Part shown: positions 39,700 to 54,600 of the stretch, piece by piece
How the letters are laid out: each line of letters starts with the position of its first letter
Position numbering within the stretch: the first letter of the stretch is position 1
Assembly: GCA_977017645.1 (NCBI GenBank)
Contig: OZ360223.1
Location: 19,716,001 to 19,780,000 of the forward strand
DNA length: 64,000 nucleotides
Direction of reading: 5' to 3'
DNA from: Torpedo marmorata
Lineage: Eukaryota
Program-made: the position numbers and the translations under genes
Notes under the pieces: generated by a model
Database searches by the model: none
The model's input: only the letters and a program-made list of their open reading frames with translations
Told to the model about the DNA's origin: nothing

Positions 39700-42600
39700 A
39701 CACCCCCTCAGTGTAAATACAATACATCCTCCTCAGTGTAGATACAATAAACCCCCCTCAGTTTAGATGCAATGCATCCCCTCAGTGTGGTTAAAATGCA
39801 CTCCCTCCTCAGTGTTGACACAGTACACCCCCACTTTTTAGATATAGTACACCCCCTCAGTGTAGATATAATACACCTCCATCAGTGTAGATACAATACA
39901 CCCCCATCAGTGTCGATAAAATACACCTACCTCAGTGTGAATACAATGCACTCCCTCTCAGTGAAGATACAGTATAATCCATCAGTGTAGATACAATACA
40001 CCCCCCTCAGAGTGGATAAATGCACTCCCCCTCAGTGTAGATAGACGGTACCCCCTTTGAGTAGATACAATACACCCCCCTCAGTGTAGATACAATACAC
40101 CCACCTCAGTGTGGATACAATGCACATCCCTTCAGTGTAGATACAGTACACGCCCTCAGTGCAGATACAATACACTCCCCCTCAGTGGAGATACAGTACA
40201 CCCCCCTCAGTGTAGATACAATACACACACATCAGTGTAGATACAGTACACCCCCTCAGTGCAGATAAAGTAGACCACCCTCAGTGTACATACAGTACAA
40301 ACCCTCAGTGTAGATACAGTACACCCCCTCAGTGTGGATACTATGCACACCCTCTCAGTATAGATAAAGTACACCTCATTCAGTGGGGATACAATGAACT
40401 CCCCCACAGTGTGGATACAGCACACCCCCTCAGTGTGGATACAATGCATCCCTCAGTGTGGATAAAATGCATTCCCCCTCAGTGTAGATAAAGTTCACCT
40501 CCCTCAGTGTGGATACAATGAACTCCCCCACAGTGTAGATACAGTACACCCCCTCAGTGTGAATAAAATGCACTTCCCCATCAGTTAGATAAAGTACACC
40601 TCCCTCAGTGTAGATACAATGAACACCCCACAGTGTAGATACAATGCATCGCCTCAGTGTGGATAAAATGAACTCCCCCTCAGTGTACACACAGTACACC
40701 CCCCTCTTAATAGATATAGTACATCCCCTCAGTGCCGATATAATACTCCCCCCTCAGTGTGGATACACTGCACTCCCCCTCAGTGTGTATACGATACACA
40801 CCCTCAGTGCAGATACAAAAAAACCCCCTCAGTGTAGATAAAGTACACCTCCCTCAGTGTGGATACACTGCACTCCCCCTCAGTGTGGATACGATACACA
40901 CCTTCAGTGCAGATACAATACACCCCCCCTCAGTGTAGATAAACTACACCTCCCTCAGTGTGGATACGATACACACCCTCAGTGCAGATACAATACACCC
41001 CCCCTCAGTGTAGATAAAGTACACCTCCCTCAGTGTGGATACAATGAACTCCCCCACAGTGTGGATACGATACACACCTTCAGTGCAGATACAATACACC
41101 CCCCTCAGTGTAGATACAGTACACCCCCCTCATTGTAGATATAGTACACACCGCTCAGTGTCGAACTAATACACCCCCCTTAGTGTGGATACAATGCACT
41201 CCCCCTCAGTGTAGACACAGTACACTCTCCTCTTTGTAGATATAGTACACCCCCTAAGTGTCGATATAATACACCCCCTCAGTGTGGATACAATGCACAC
41301 CCCCTCAATGTAGACACAGTACACCCCCTCATTGAAGATATAGTACACCCCCATCAGTGTCGATATAATACACACCCCTCAGTGTGGATACAATGCACAC
41401 CCCCTCAGTGCGGATAAAATACACACCCTCAGTGCAGATACAATACACCCCCCTCAGTGTAGATAGAGTACACACCCCTCAGTGTAGATACAAAACACCC
41501 CCCTAAGTGTAGATAGAGTACACACCCCTCAGTGTAGATAGAATACGCCCCTCAGTGTAGATAGAGTACACCCCCTTACTCTGGATACAATACAACTCCT
41601 CAGAGTAGATACAATAGACCCTCCTCAGTGTAGATACAATACACATCCTCAGTGTGGATACAATACACTACCCCTCTGTGTAGATTCAGTACAACCCCTC
41701 AGTGTAAATACAATACAACCCCGTCAGTGTGGATACAATGCACTCCCCCTCAGTGTAGATACAGTAAATCCCCTCAGTGTAAATACAATACACCCCCTCA
41801 GTGTAGATACAGTACACCCCCTCAGTGTAAATACAATACATCCTCCTCAGTGTAGATACAATAAACCCCCCACAGTGTAGATGCAATGCATCCCCTCAGT
41901 GTGGTTAAAATGCACTCCCCCCTCAGTGTTGACACAGTACACCCCCACTTTTTAGATATAGTACACCCCCTCAGTGTAGATATAATGCACCTCCATCAGT
42001 GTAGATACAATACACCCCCATCAGTGTCGATAAAATACACCTAATTCAGTGTGAATACAATGCACTCCCTCTCAGTGAAGATACAGTATAATCCATCAGT
42101 GTAGATACAATACACCCCCCTCAGAGTGGATAATTGCACTCCCCCTCAGTGTAGATAGACGGTACCCCCTTTGAGTAGATACAATACACCCCCCTCAGTG
42201 TAGGTACAATACACCCACCTCAGTGTGGATACAATGCACACCCCCTCAGTGTAGATACAGTACACCCCCTCAGTGCAGATACAATGCACTCCCCCTCAGT
42301 GGAGATACAGTACACCCCCCTCAGTGTAGATACAATACACACACATCAGTGTAGATACAGTACACCCCCTCAGTGCAGATAAAGTAGACCACCCTCAGTG
42401 TACATACAGTACAAACCCTCAGTGTAGATACAGTACACCCCCTCAGTGTGGATACCATGCACACCCTCTCAGTATAGATAAAGTACACCTCCCTCAGTGT
42501 GGATACAATGAACTCCCCCACAGTGTGGATACAGTACACCCCCTCAGTGTGGATACAATGCATCCCTCAGTGTGGATAAAATGCATTCCCCCTCAGTGTA

Positions 42601-45600
42601 GATAAAGTTCACCTCCCTCAGTGTGGATACAAGGAACTCCCCCACAGTGTAGATACAGTACACCACCTCAGTGTGAATAAAATGCACTTCCCCATCAGTT
42701 AGATAAAGTACACCTCCCACAGTGTAGATACAATGAACACCCCACAGTGTAGATACAATGCATCGCCTCAGTGTGGATAAAATGAACTCCCCCTCAGTGT
42801 ACACACAGTACACCCCCCTCTTAGTAGATATAGTACACCCCCTCAGCGCCGATATAATACACCCCCCTCAGTGTGGATACACTGCACTCCCCCTCAGTGT
42901 GGATACGATACACACCCTCAGTGTAGATACAATACACCCCCCTCAGTGTAGATAAAGTACACCTCCCTCAGTGTGGATACACTGCACTCCCACTCAGTGT
43001 GGATACGATACACACCTTCAGTGCAGATACAATACACCCCCCTCAGTGTAGATAAACTACACCTCCCTCAGTGTGGATACGATACACACCCTCAGTGCAG
43101 ATACAATACACCCCCCCTCAGTGTAGATAAAGTACACCTCCCTCAGTGTGGATACAATGAACTCCCCCACAGTGTGGATACGATACACACCTTCAGTGCA
43201 GATACAATACACCCCACTCAGTGTAGATAAACTACACCTCCCTCAGTGTGGATACGATACGCACCCTCAGTGCAGATACAATACACCCCCCCTCAGTGTA
43301 GATAAACTACACCTCCCTCAGTGTGGATACGATACACACCTTCAGTGCAGATACAATACACCCCCCTCAGTGTAGATAAACTACACCTCCCTCAGTGTGG
43401 ATACGATACACACCCTCAGTGCAGATACAATACACCCCCCCTCAGTGTAGATAAAGTACACCTCCCTCAGTGTGGATACAATGAACCCACCCCCACCCCC
43501 ACAGTGTAGATACAATGCATCCCCTCAGTGTGGATAAAATGCACTCCCCCTCAGTGTAGATACAGTACACCCCCCTCATTGTAGATATAGTACAGACCGC
43601 TCAGCGTCGAACTAATACACCCCCCTCAGTGTGGATACAATGCACTCCCCCTCAATGTAGATACAATACACCCCCTCAGTGTAAATACAATACACTCACC
43701 TCAGTGTAGATACAGAACATACCCCTCAGTGTAGATACAATACACCACCCTAAGTGTGGATAAAATGCACTCCCCCTCAGTGTAGATACAGTACACCACC
43801 ATAAGTATCGATACAGTACACCTCCCTCAGTGTAGATACAATACACCCCGCTCAGTGTAGATACAATAAACCCCCCTCAGTGTGGATACAATGCACTCCC
43901 CCTCAGTGTAGATACAGTAAATCCCCTGAGTGTAAATACAATACACCCTCCTCAGTGTAGATAGAATAAACCCCCCTCAGTGTAGATGCAATGCATCCCC
44001 TCAGTGTGGTGAAAATGCACTCCCCCTCAGTGCAGACACAGTACACCCCCACTTTGTAGATAGAGTACACCCCTCAGTGTAGATACAATACACCTCCATC
44101 AGTGTCGATAAAATACACCTACCTCAGTGTGAATACAATGCACTCCCTCTCAGTAAAGGTACAGTATAGCCCATCAGTGTAGATACAATACACCCCCTCA
44201 AAGTGGATAAATGCACTCCCCCTCAGTGTAGATAAACGATACCCCCTTTGTGTAGATACAATACACCCCCCTCAGTGTCCATACAATACACCCACCTCAG
44301 TGTGGATAAAATGCACACCCCCTCAGTGGAGATACAGTACACCCCCCTCAGTGTAGATACAATGCACACCCATCAGTGTAGATAGAGTACACCCCCCTCA
44401 GTGTAGATACAATACACACCCATCAGTGTAGATACAGTACACCCCCTCAGTGTAGATACAGTAGACCACCCTCAGTGTACATACAGTACAAACCCTCAGT
44501 GTAGATACAGTACACCCCCCACAGTGTGGATACCATGCACACCCCCTCAGTGTAGATAAAGTACACCTCCCTCAGTGTGGATACAATGAACTCCCCCACA
44601 GTGTAGATACAGTACACCACCTCAGTGTGAATAAAATGCACTTCCCCATCAGTTAGATAAAGTACACCTCCCTCAGTGTAGATACAATGAACACCCCACA
44701 GTGTAGATACAATGCATCGCCTCAGTGTGGATAAAATGAACTCCCCCTCAGTGTACACACAGTACACCCCCCTCTTAGTAGATATAGTACACCCCCTCAG
44801 CGCCGATATAATACACCCCCCTCAGTGTGGATACACTGCACTCCCCCTCAGTGTGGATACGATACACACCCTCAGTGTAGATACAATACACCCCCCTCAG
44901 TGTAGATAAAGTACACCTCCCTCAGTGTGGATACACTGCACTCCCCCTCAGTGTGGATACGATACACACCTTCAGTGCAGATACAATACACCCCCCCCTC
45001 AGTGTAGATAAACTACACCTCCCTCAGTGTGGATACGATACACACCCTCAGTGCAGATACAATACACCCCCCCTCAGTGTAGATAAAGTACACCTCCCTC
45101 AGTGTGGATACAATGAACTCCCCCACAGTGTGGATACGATACACACCTTCAGTGCAGATACAATACACCCCCCTCAGTGTAGATAAACTACACCTCCCTC
45201 AGTGTGGATACGATACACACCCTCAGTGCAGATACAATACACCCCCCCTCAGTGTAGATAAACTACACCTCCCTCAGTGTGGATACGATACACACCTTCA
45301 GTGCAGATACAATACACCCCCCCTCAGTGTAGATAAACTACACCTCCCTCATTGTAGATATAGTACAGACCGCTCAGCGTCGAACTAATACACCCCCCTC
45401 AGTGTGGATACAATGCACTCCCCCTCAATGTAGATACAATACACCCCCTCAGTGTGGATACAATGCACTCACCCTCAGTGTGAATACAATGTGCTCCCCT
45501 TCAGTGCAGATACAGTAACCCCCCTCAGAGTAGATACTGTGCACACCCCTCTGTATAGATTCAGTGCAAACCCCTCTATAGAGATACAGTACACACCCCT

Positions 45601-48600
45601 CTGTAGAGATACAGAGCACCCCCTCGGTATAGATACAATAAACCCCCCTCAGTGTAGATGCAATAAACCATACACAGTGTGGATACATTGCACTCCCCCT
45701 TAGTGTAAATAGAGTACACCACACTCAGAGTAAATTCAATACATCCCGCTCAGTGTAGATACAGTACACCCCCCTCAGTGTAGATAGAATATACCCCCTC
45801 AGTGTAGATACAATACACATCCTCAGTGTCGATACAATGCAATCCCCCTCAGTGGAGATAGAAAATACCCCCCTCAGTGTAGATACAATAAACCTCGCTC
45901 AGTGCAGATACAATACACCCCCCTCAGTGTAGATACAATGCACTCCCCCTCAGTGTAGATACAGTAAATCCCCTGAGTGTAAATACAATACACCCTCCTC
46001 AGTGTAGATAGAATAAACCCCCCTCAGTGTAGATGCAATGCATCCCCTCAGTGTGGTGAAAATGCACTCCCCCTCAGTGCAGACACAGTACACCCCCACT
46101 TTGTAGATAGAGTACACCCCTCAGTGTAGATACAATACACCTCCATCAGTGTCGATAAAATACACCTACCGCAGTGTGAATACAATGCACTCCCTCTCAG
46201 TAAAGGTACAGTATAGCCCATCAGTGTAGATACAATACACCCCCCTCAAAGTGGATAAATGCACTCCCCCTCAGTGTAGATAAACGATACCCCCTTTGTG
46301 TAGATACAATACACCCCCCTCAGTGTCCATACAATACACCCACCTCAGTGTGGATAAAATGCACACCCCCTCAGTGGAGATACAGTACACCCCCCTCAGT
46401 GTCGATACAATGCAATCCCCCTCAGTGGAGATAGAAAATACCCCCCTCAGTGTAGATACAATAAACCTCGCTCAGTGCAGATACAATACACCCCCCTCAG
46501 TGTAGATACAATGCACTCCCCCTCAGTTTAGATACAGTACACCACCATAAGTATCGATACAGTACACCTCCCTCAGTGTAGATACAATACACCCCGCTCA
46601 GTGTAGATACAATAAACCCCCCTCAGTGTGGATACAATGCACTCCCCCTCAGTGTAGATACAGTAAATCCCCTGAGTGTAAATACAATACACCCTCCTCA
46701 GTGTAGATACAATAAACCCCCCTCAGTGTAGATGCAATGCATCCCCTCAGTGTGGTGAAAATGCACTCCCCCTCAGTGCAGACACAGTACACCCCCACTT
46801 TGTAGATAGAGTACACCCCTCAGTGTAGATACAATACACCTCCATCAGTGTCGATAAAATACACCTACCTCAGTGTGAATACAATGCACTCCCTCTCAGT
46901 AAAGGTACAGTATAGCCCATCAGTGTAGATACAATACACCCCCTCAAAGTGGATAAATGCACTCCCCCTCAGTGTAGATAAACGATACCCCCTTTGTGTA
47001 GATACAATACACCCCCCTCAGTGTCCATACAATACACCCACCTCAGTGTGGATAAAATGCACACCCCCTCAGTGGAGATACAGTACACCCCCCTCAGTGT
47101 AGATACAATGCACACCCATCAGTGTAGATAGAGTACACCCCCCTCAGTGTAGATACAATACACACCCATCAGTGTAGATACAGTACACCCCGTCAGTGTA
47201 GATACAGTAGACCACCCTCAGTGTACATACAGTACAAACCCTCAGTGTAGATACAGTACACCCCCCACAGTGTGGATACAATGCACACCCCCTCAGTGTA
47301 GATAAAGTACACCTCCCTCAGTGTGGATACAATGAACTCCCCCACAGTGTAGATACAGTACACCACCTCAGTGTGAATAAAATGCACTTCCCCATCAGTT
47401 AGATAAAGTACACCTCCCTCAGTGTAGATACAATGAACACCCCACAGTGTAGATACAATGCATCGCCTCAGTGTGGATAAAATGAACTCCCCCTCAGTGT
47501 ACACACAGTACACCCCCCTCTTAGTAGATATAGTACACCCCCTCAGCGCCGATATAATACACCCCCCTCAGTGTGGATACACTGCACTCCCCCTCAGTGT
47601 GGATACGATACACACCCTCAGTGTAGATACAATACACCCCCCTCAGTGTAGATAAAGTACACCTCCCTCAGTGTGGATACACTGCACTCCCCCTCAGTGT
47701 GGATACGATACACACCTTCAGTGCAGATACAATACACCCCCCCCTCAGTGTAGATAAACTACACCTCCCTCAGTGTGGATACGATACACACCCTCAGTGC
47801 AGATACAATACACCCCCCCTCAGTGTAGATAAAGTTCACCTCCCTCAGTGTGGATACAAGGAACTCCCCCACAGTGTAGATACAGTACACCACCTCAGTG
47901 TGAATAAAATGCACTTCCCCATCAGTTAGATAAAGTACACCTCCCACAGTGTAGATACAATGAACACCCCACAGTGTAGATACAATGCATCGCCTCAGTG
48001 TGGATAAAATGAACTCCCCCTCAGTGTACACACAGTACACCCCCCTCTTAGTAGATATAGTACACCCCCTCAGCGCCGATATAATACACCCCCCTCAGTG
48101 TGGATACACTGCACTCCCCCTCAGTGTGGATACGATACACACCCTCAGTGTAGATACAATACACCCCCCTCAGTGTAGATAAAGTACACCTTCCTCAGTG
48201 TGGATACACTGCACTCCCACTCAGTGTGGATACGATACACACCTTCAGTGCAGATACAATACACCCCCCTCAGTGTAGATAAACTACACCTCCCTCAGTG
48301 TGGATACGATACACACCCTCAGTGCAGATACAATACACCCCCCCTCAGTGTAGATAAAGTACACCTCCCTCAGTGTGGATACAATGAACTCCCCCACAGT
48401 GTGGATACGATACACACCTTCAGTGCAGATACAATACACCCCCCTCAGTGTAGATAAACTACACCTCCCTCAGTGTGGATACGATACGCACCCTCAGTGC
48501 AGATACAATACACCCCCCCTCAGTGTAGATAAACTACACCTCCCTCAGTGTGGATACGATACACACCTTCAGTGCAGATACAATACACCCCCCTCAGTGT

Positions 48601-51600
48601 AGATAAACTACACCTCCCTCAGTGTGGATACGATACACACCCTCAGTGCAGATACAATACACCCCCCCTCAGTGTAGATAAAGTACACCTCCCTCAGTGT
48701 GGATACAATGAACCCACCCCCACCCCCACAGTGTAGATACAATGCATCCCCTCAGTGTGGATAAAATGCACTCCCCCTCAGTGTAGATACAGTACACCCC
48801 CCTCATTGTAGATATAGTACAGACCGCTCAGCGTCGAACTAATACACCCCCCTCAGTGTGGATACAATGCACTCCCCCTCAATGTAGATACAATACACCC
48901 CCTCAGTGTAAATACAATACACTCACCTCAGTGTAGATACAGAACATACCCCTCAGTGTAGATACAATACACCACCCTCAGTGTGGATAAAATGCACTCC
49001 CCCTCAGTGTAGATACAGTACACCACCATAAGTATCGATACAGTACACCTCCCTCAGTGTAGATACAATACACCCCGCTCAGTGTAGATACAATAAACCC
49101 CCCTCAGTGTGGATACAATGCACTCCCCCTCAGTGTAGATACAGTAAATCCCCTGAGTGTAAATACAATACACCCTCCTCAGTGTAGATACAATAAACCC
49201 CCCTCAGTGTAGATGCAATGCATCCCCTCAGTGTGGTGAAAATGCACTCCCCCTCAGTGCAGACACAGTACACCCCCACTTTGTAGATAGAGTACACCCC
49301 TCAGTGTAGATACAATACACCTCCATCAGTGTCGATAAAATACACCTACCTCAGTGTGAATACAATGCACTCCCTCTCAGTAAAGGTACAGTATAGCCCA
49401 TCAGTGTAGATACAATACACCCCCTCAAAGTGGATAAATGCACTCCCCCTCAGTGTAGATAAACGATACCCCCTTTGTGTAGATACAATACACCCCCCTC
49501 AGTGTCCATACAATACACCCACCTCAGTGTGGATAAAATGCACACCCCCTCAGTGGAGATACAGTACACCCCCCTCAGTGTAGATACAATGCACACCCAT
49601 CAGTGTAGATAGAGTACACCCCCCTCAGTGTAGATACAATACACACCCATCAGTGTAGATACAGTACACCCCCTCAGTGTAGATACAGTAGACCACCCTC
49701 AGTGTACATACAGTACAAACCCTCAGTGTAGATACAGTACACCCCCCACAGTGTGGATACAATGCACACCCCCTCAGTGTAGATAAAGTACACCTCCCTC
49801 AGTGTGGATACAATGAACTCCCCCACAGTGTAGATACAGTACACCACCTCAGTGTGAATAAAATGCACTTCCCCATCAGTTAGATAAAGTACACCTCCCT
49901 CAGTGTAGATACAATGAACACCCCACAGTGTAGATACAATGCATCGCCTCAGTGTGGATAAAATGAACTCCCCCTCAGTGTACACACAGTACACCCCCCT
50001 CTTAGTAGATATAGTACACCCCCTCAGCGCCGATATAATACACCCCCCTCAGTGTGGATACACTGCACTCCCCCTCAGTGTGGATACGATACACACCCTC
50101 AGTGTAGATACAATACACCCCCCTCAGTGTAGATAAAGTACACCTCCCTCAGTGTGGATACACTGCACTCCCCCTCAGTGTGGATACGATACACACCTTC
50201 AGTGCAGATACAATACACCCCCCCCTCAGTGTAGATAAACTACACCTCCCTCAGTGTGGATACGATACACACCCTCAGTGCAGATACAATACACCCCCCC
50301 TCAGTGTAGATAAAGTACACCTCCCTCAGTGTGGATACAATGAACTCCCCCACAGTGTGGATACGATACACACCTTCAGTGCAGATACAATACACCCCCC
50401 TCAGTGTAGATAAACTACACCTCCCTCAGTGTGGATACGATATACACCCTCAGTGCAGATACAATACACCCCCCCTCAGTGTAGATAAACTACACCTCCC
50501 TCAGTGTGGATACGATACACACCTTCAGTGCAGATACAATACACCCCCCCTCAGTGTAGATAAACTACACCTCCCTCATTGTAGATATAGTACAGACCGC
50601 TCAGCGTCGAACTAATACACCCCCCTCAGTGTGGATACAATGCACTCCCCCTCAATGTAGATACAATACACCCCCTCAGTGTGGATACAATGCACTCACC
50701 CTCAGTGTGAATACAATGTGCTCCCCTTCAGTGCAGATACAGTAACCCCCCTCAGAGTAGATACTGTGCACACCCCTCTGTATAGATTCAGTGCAAACCC
50801 CTCTATAGAGATACAGTACACACCCCTCTGTAGAGATACAGAGCACCCCCTCGGTATAGATACAATAAACCCACCTCAGTGTAGATGCAATACACCATAC
50901 ACAGTGTGGATACATTGCACTCCCCCTTAGTGTAGATAGAGTACACCACACTCAGAGTAAATTCAATACATCCCGCTCAGTGTAGATACAGTACACCCCC
51001 CTCAGTGTAGATAGAATATACCCCCTCAGTGTAGATACAATACACATCCTCAGTGTCGATACAATGCAATCCCCCTCAGTGGAGATAGAAAATACCCCCC
51101 TCAGTGTAGATACAATAAACCTCGCTCAGTGCAGATACAATACACCCCCCTCAGTGTAGATACAATGCACTCCCCCTCAGTTTAGATACAGTACACCACC
51201 ATAAGTATCGATACAGTACACCTCCCTCAGTGTAGATACAATACACCCCGCTCAGTGTAGATACAATAAACCCCCCTCAGTGTGGATACAATGCACTCCC
51301 CCTCAGTGTAGATACAGTAAATCCCCTGAGTGTAAATACAATACACCCTCCTCAGTGTAGATACAATAAACCCCCCTCAGTGTAGATGCAATGCATCCCC
51401 TCAGTGTGGTGAAAATGCACTCCCCCTCAGTGCAGACACAGTACACCCCCACTTTGTAGATAGAGTACACCCCTCAGTGTAGATACAATACACCTCCATC
51501 AGTGTCGATAAAATACACCTACCTCAGTGTGAATACAATGCACTCCCTCTCAGTAAAGGTACAGTATAGCCCATCAGTGTAGATACAATACACCCCCTCA

Positions 51601-54600
51601 AAGTGGATAAATGCACTCCCCCTCAGTGTAGATAAACGATACCCCCTTTGTGTAGATACAATACACCCCCCTCAGTGTCCATACAATACACCCACCTCAG
51701 TGTGGATAAAATGCACACCCCCTCAGTGGAGATACAGTACACCCCCCTCAGTGTAGATACAATGCACACCCATCAGTGTAGATAGAGTACACCCCCCTCA
51801 GTGTAGATACAATACACACCCATCAGTGTAGATACAGTACACCCCCTCAGTGTAGATACAGTAGACCACCCTCAGTGTACATACAGTACAAACCCTCAGT
51901 GTAGATACAGTACACCCCCCACAGTGTGGATACAATGCACACCCCCTCAGTGTAGATAAAGTACACCTCCCTCAGTGTGGATACAATGAACTCCTCCACA
52001 GTGTAGATACAGTACACCACCTCAGTGTGAATAAAATGCACTTCCCCATCAGTTAGATAAAGTACACCTCCCTCAGTGTAGATACAATGAACACCCCACA
52101 GTGTAGATACAATGCATCGCCTCAGTGTGGATAAAATGAACTCCCCCTCAGTGTACACACAGTACACCCCCCTCTTAGTAGATATAGTACACCCCCTCAG
52201 CGCCGATATAATACACCCCCCTCAGTGTGGATACACTGCACTCCCCCTCAGTGTGGATACGATACACACCCTCAGTGTAGATACAATACACCCCCCTCAG
52301 TGTAGATAAAGTACACCTCCCTCAGTGTGGATACACTGCACTCCCCCTCAGTGTGGATACGATACACACCTTCAGTGCAGATACAATACACCCCCCCCCT
52401 CAGTGTAGATAAACTACACCTCCCTCAGTGTGGATACGATACACACCCTCAGTGCAGATACAATACACCCCCCCTCAGTGTAGATAAAGTACACCTCCCT
52501 CAGTGTGGATACAATGAACTCCCCCACAGTGTGGATACGATACACACCTTCAGTGCAGATACAATACACCCCCCTCAGTGTAGATAAACTACACCTCCCT
52601 CAGTGTGGATACGATACACACCCTCAGTGCAGATACAATACACCCCCCCTCAGTGTAGATAAACTACACCTCCCTCAGTGTGGATACGATACACACCTTC
52701 AGTGCAGATACAATACACCCCCACTCAGTGTAGATAAACTACACCTCCCTCATTGTAGATATAGTACAGACCGCTCAGCGTCGAACTAATACACCCCCCT
52801 CAGTGTGGATACAATGCACTCCCCCTCAATGTAGATACAATACACCCCCTCAGTGTGGATACAATGCACTCACCCTCAGTGTGAATACAATGTGCTCCCC
52901 TTCAGTGCAGATACAGTAACCCCCCTCAGAGTAGATACTGTGCACACCCCTCTGTATAGATTCAGTGCAAACCCCTCTATAGAGATACAGTACACACCCC
53001 TCTGTAGAGATACAGAGCACCCCCTCGGTATAGATACAATAAACCCCCCTCAGTGTAGATGCAATACACCATACACAGTGTGGATACATTGCACTCCCCC
53101 TTAGTGTAGATAGAGTACACCACACTCAGAGTAAATTCAATACATCCCGCTCAGTGTAGATACAGTACACCCCCCTCAGTGTAGATAGAATATACCCCCT
53201 CAGTGTAGATACAATACACATCCTCAGTGTCGATACAATGCAATCCCCCTCAGTGGAGATAGAAAATACCCCCCTCAGTGTAGATACAATAAACCTCGCT
53301 CAGTGCAGATACAATACACCCCCCTCAGTGTAGATACAATGCACTCCCCCTCAGTGTAGATACAGTAAATCCCCTGAGTGTAAATACAATACACCCTCCT
53401 CAGTGTAGATAGAATAAACCCCCCTCAGTGTAGATGCAATGCATCCCCTCAGTGTGGTGAAAATGCACTCCCCCTCAGTGCAGACACAGTACACCCCCAC
53501 TTTGTAGATAGAGTACACCCCTCAGTGTAGATACAATACACCTCCATCAGTGTCGATAAAATACACCTACCGCAGTGTGAATACAATGCACTCCCTCTCA
53601 GTAAAGGTACAGTATAGCCCATCAGTGTAGATACAATACACCCCCCTCAAAGTGGATAAATGCACTCCCCCTCAGTGTAGATAAACGATACCCCCTTTGT
53701 GTAGATACAATACACCCCCCTCAGTGTCCATACAATACACCCACCTCAGTGTGGATAAAATGCACACCCCCTCAGTGGAGATACAGTACACCCCCCTCAG
53801 TGTCGATACAATGCAATCCCCCTCAGTGGAGATAGAAAATACCCCCCTCAGTGTAGATACAATAAACCTCGCTCAGTGCAGATACAATACACCCCCCTCA
53901 GTGTAGATACAATGCACTCCCCCTCAGTTTAGATACAGTACACCACCATAAGTATCGATACAGTACACCTCCCTCAGTGTAGATACAATACACCCCGCTC
54001 AGTGTAGATACAATAAACCCCCCTCAGTGTGGATACAATGCACTCCCCCTCAGTGTAGATACAGTAAATCCCCTGAGTGTAAATACAATACACCCTCCTC
54101 AGTGTAGATACAATAAACCCCCCTCAGTGTAGATGCAATGCATCCCCTCAGTGTGGTGAAAATGCACTCCCCCTCAGTGCAGACACAGTACACCCCCACT
54201 TTGTAGATAGAGTACACCCCTCAGTGTAGATACAATACACCTCCATCAGTGTCGATAAAATACACCTACCTCAGTGTGAATACAATGCACTCCCTCTCAG
54301 TAAAGGTACAGTATAGCCCATCAGTGTAGATACAATACACCCCCTCAAAGTGGATAAATGCACTCCCCCTCAGTGTAGATAAACGATACCCCCTTTGTGT
54401 AGATACAATACACCCCCCTCAGTGTCCATACAATACACCCACCTCAGTGTGGATAAAATGCACACCCCCTCAGTGGAGATACAGTACACCCCCCTCAGTG
54501 TAGATACAATGCACACCCATCAGTGTAGATAGAGTACACCCCCCTCAGTGTAGATACAATACACACCCATCAGTGTAGATACAGTACACCCCCTCAGTGT

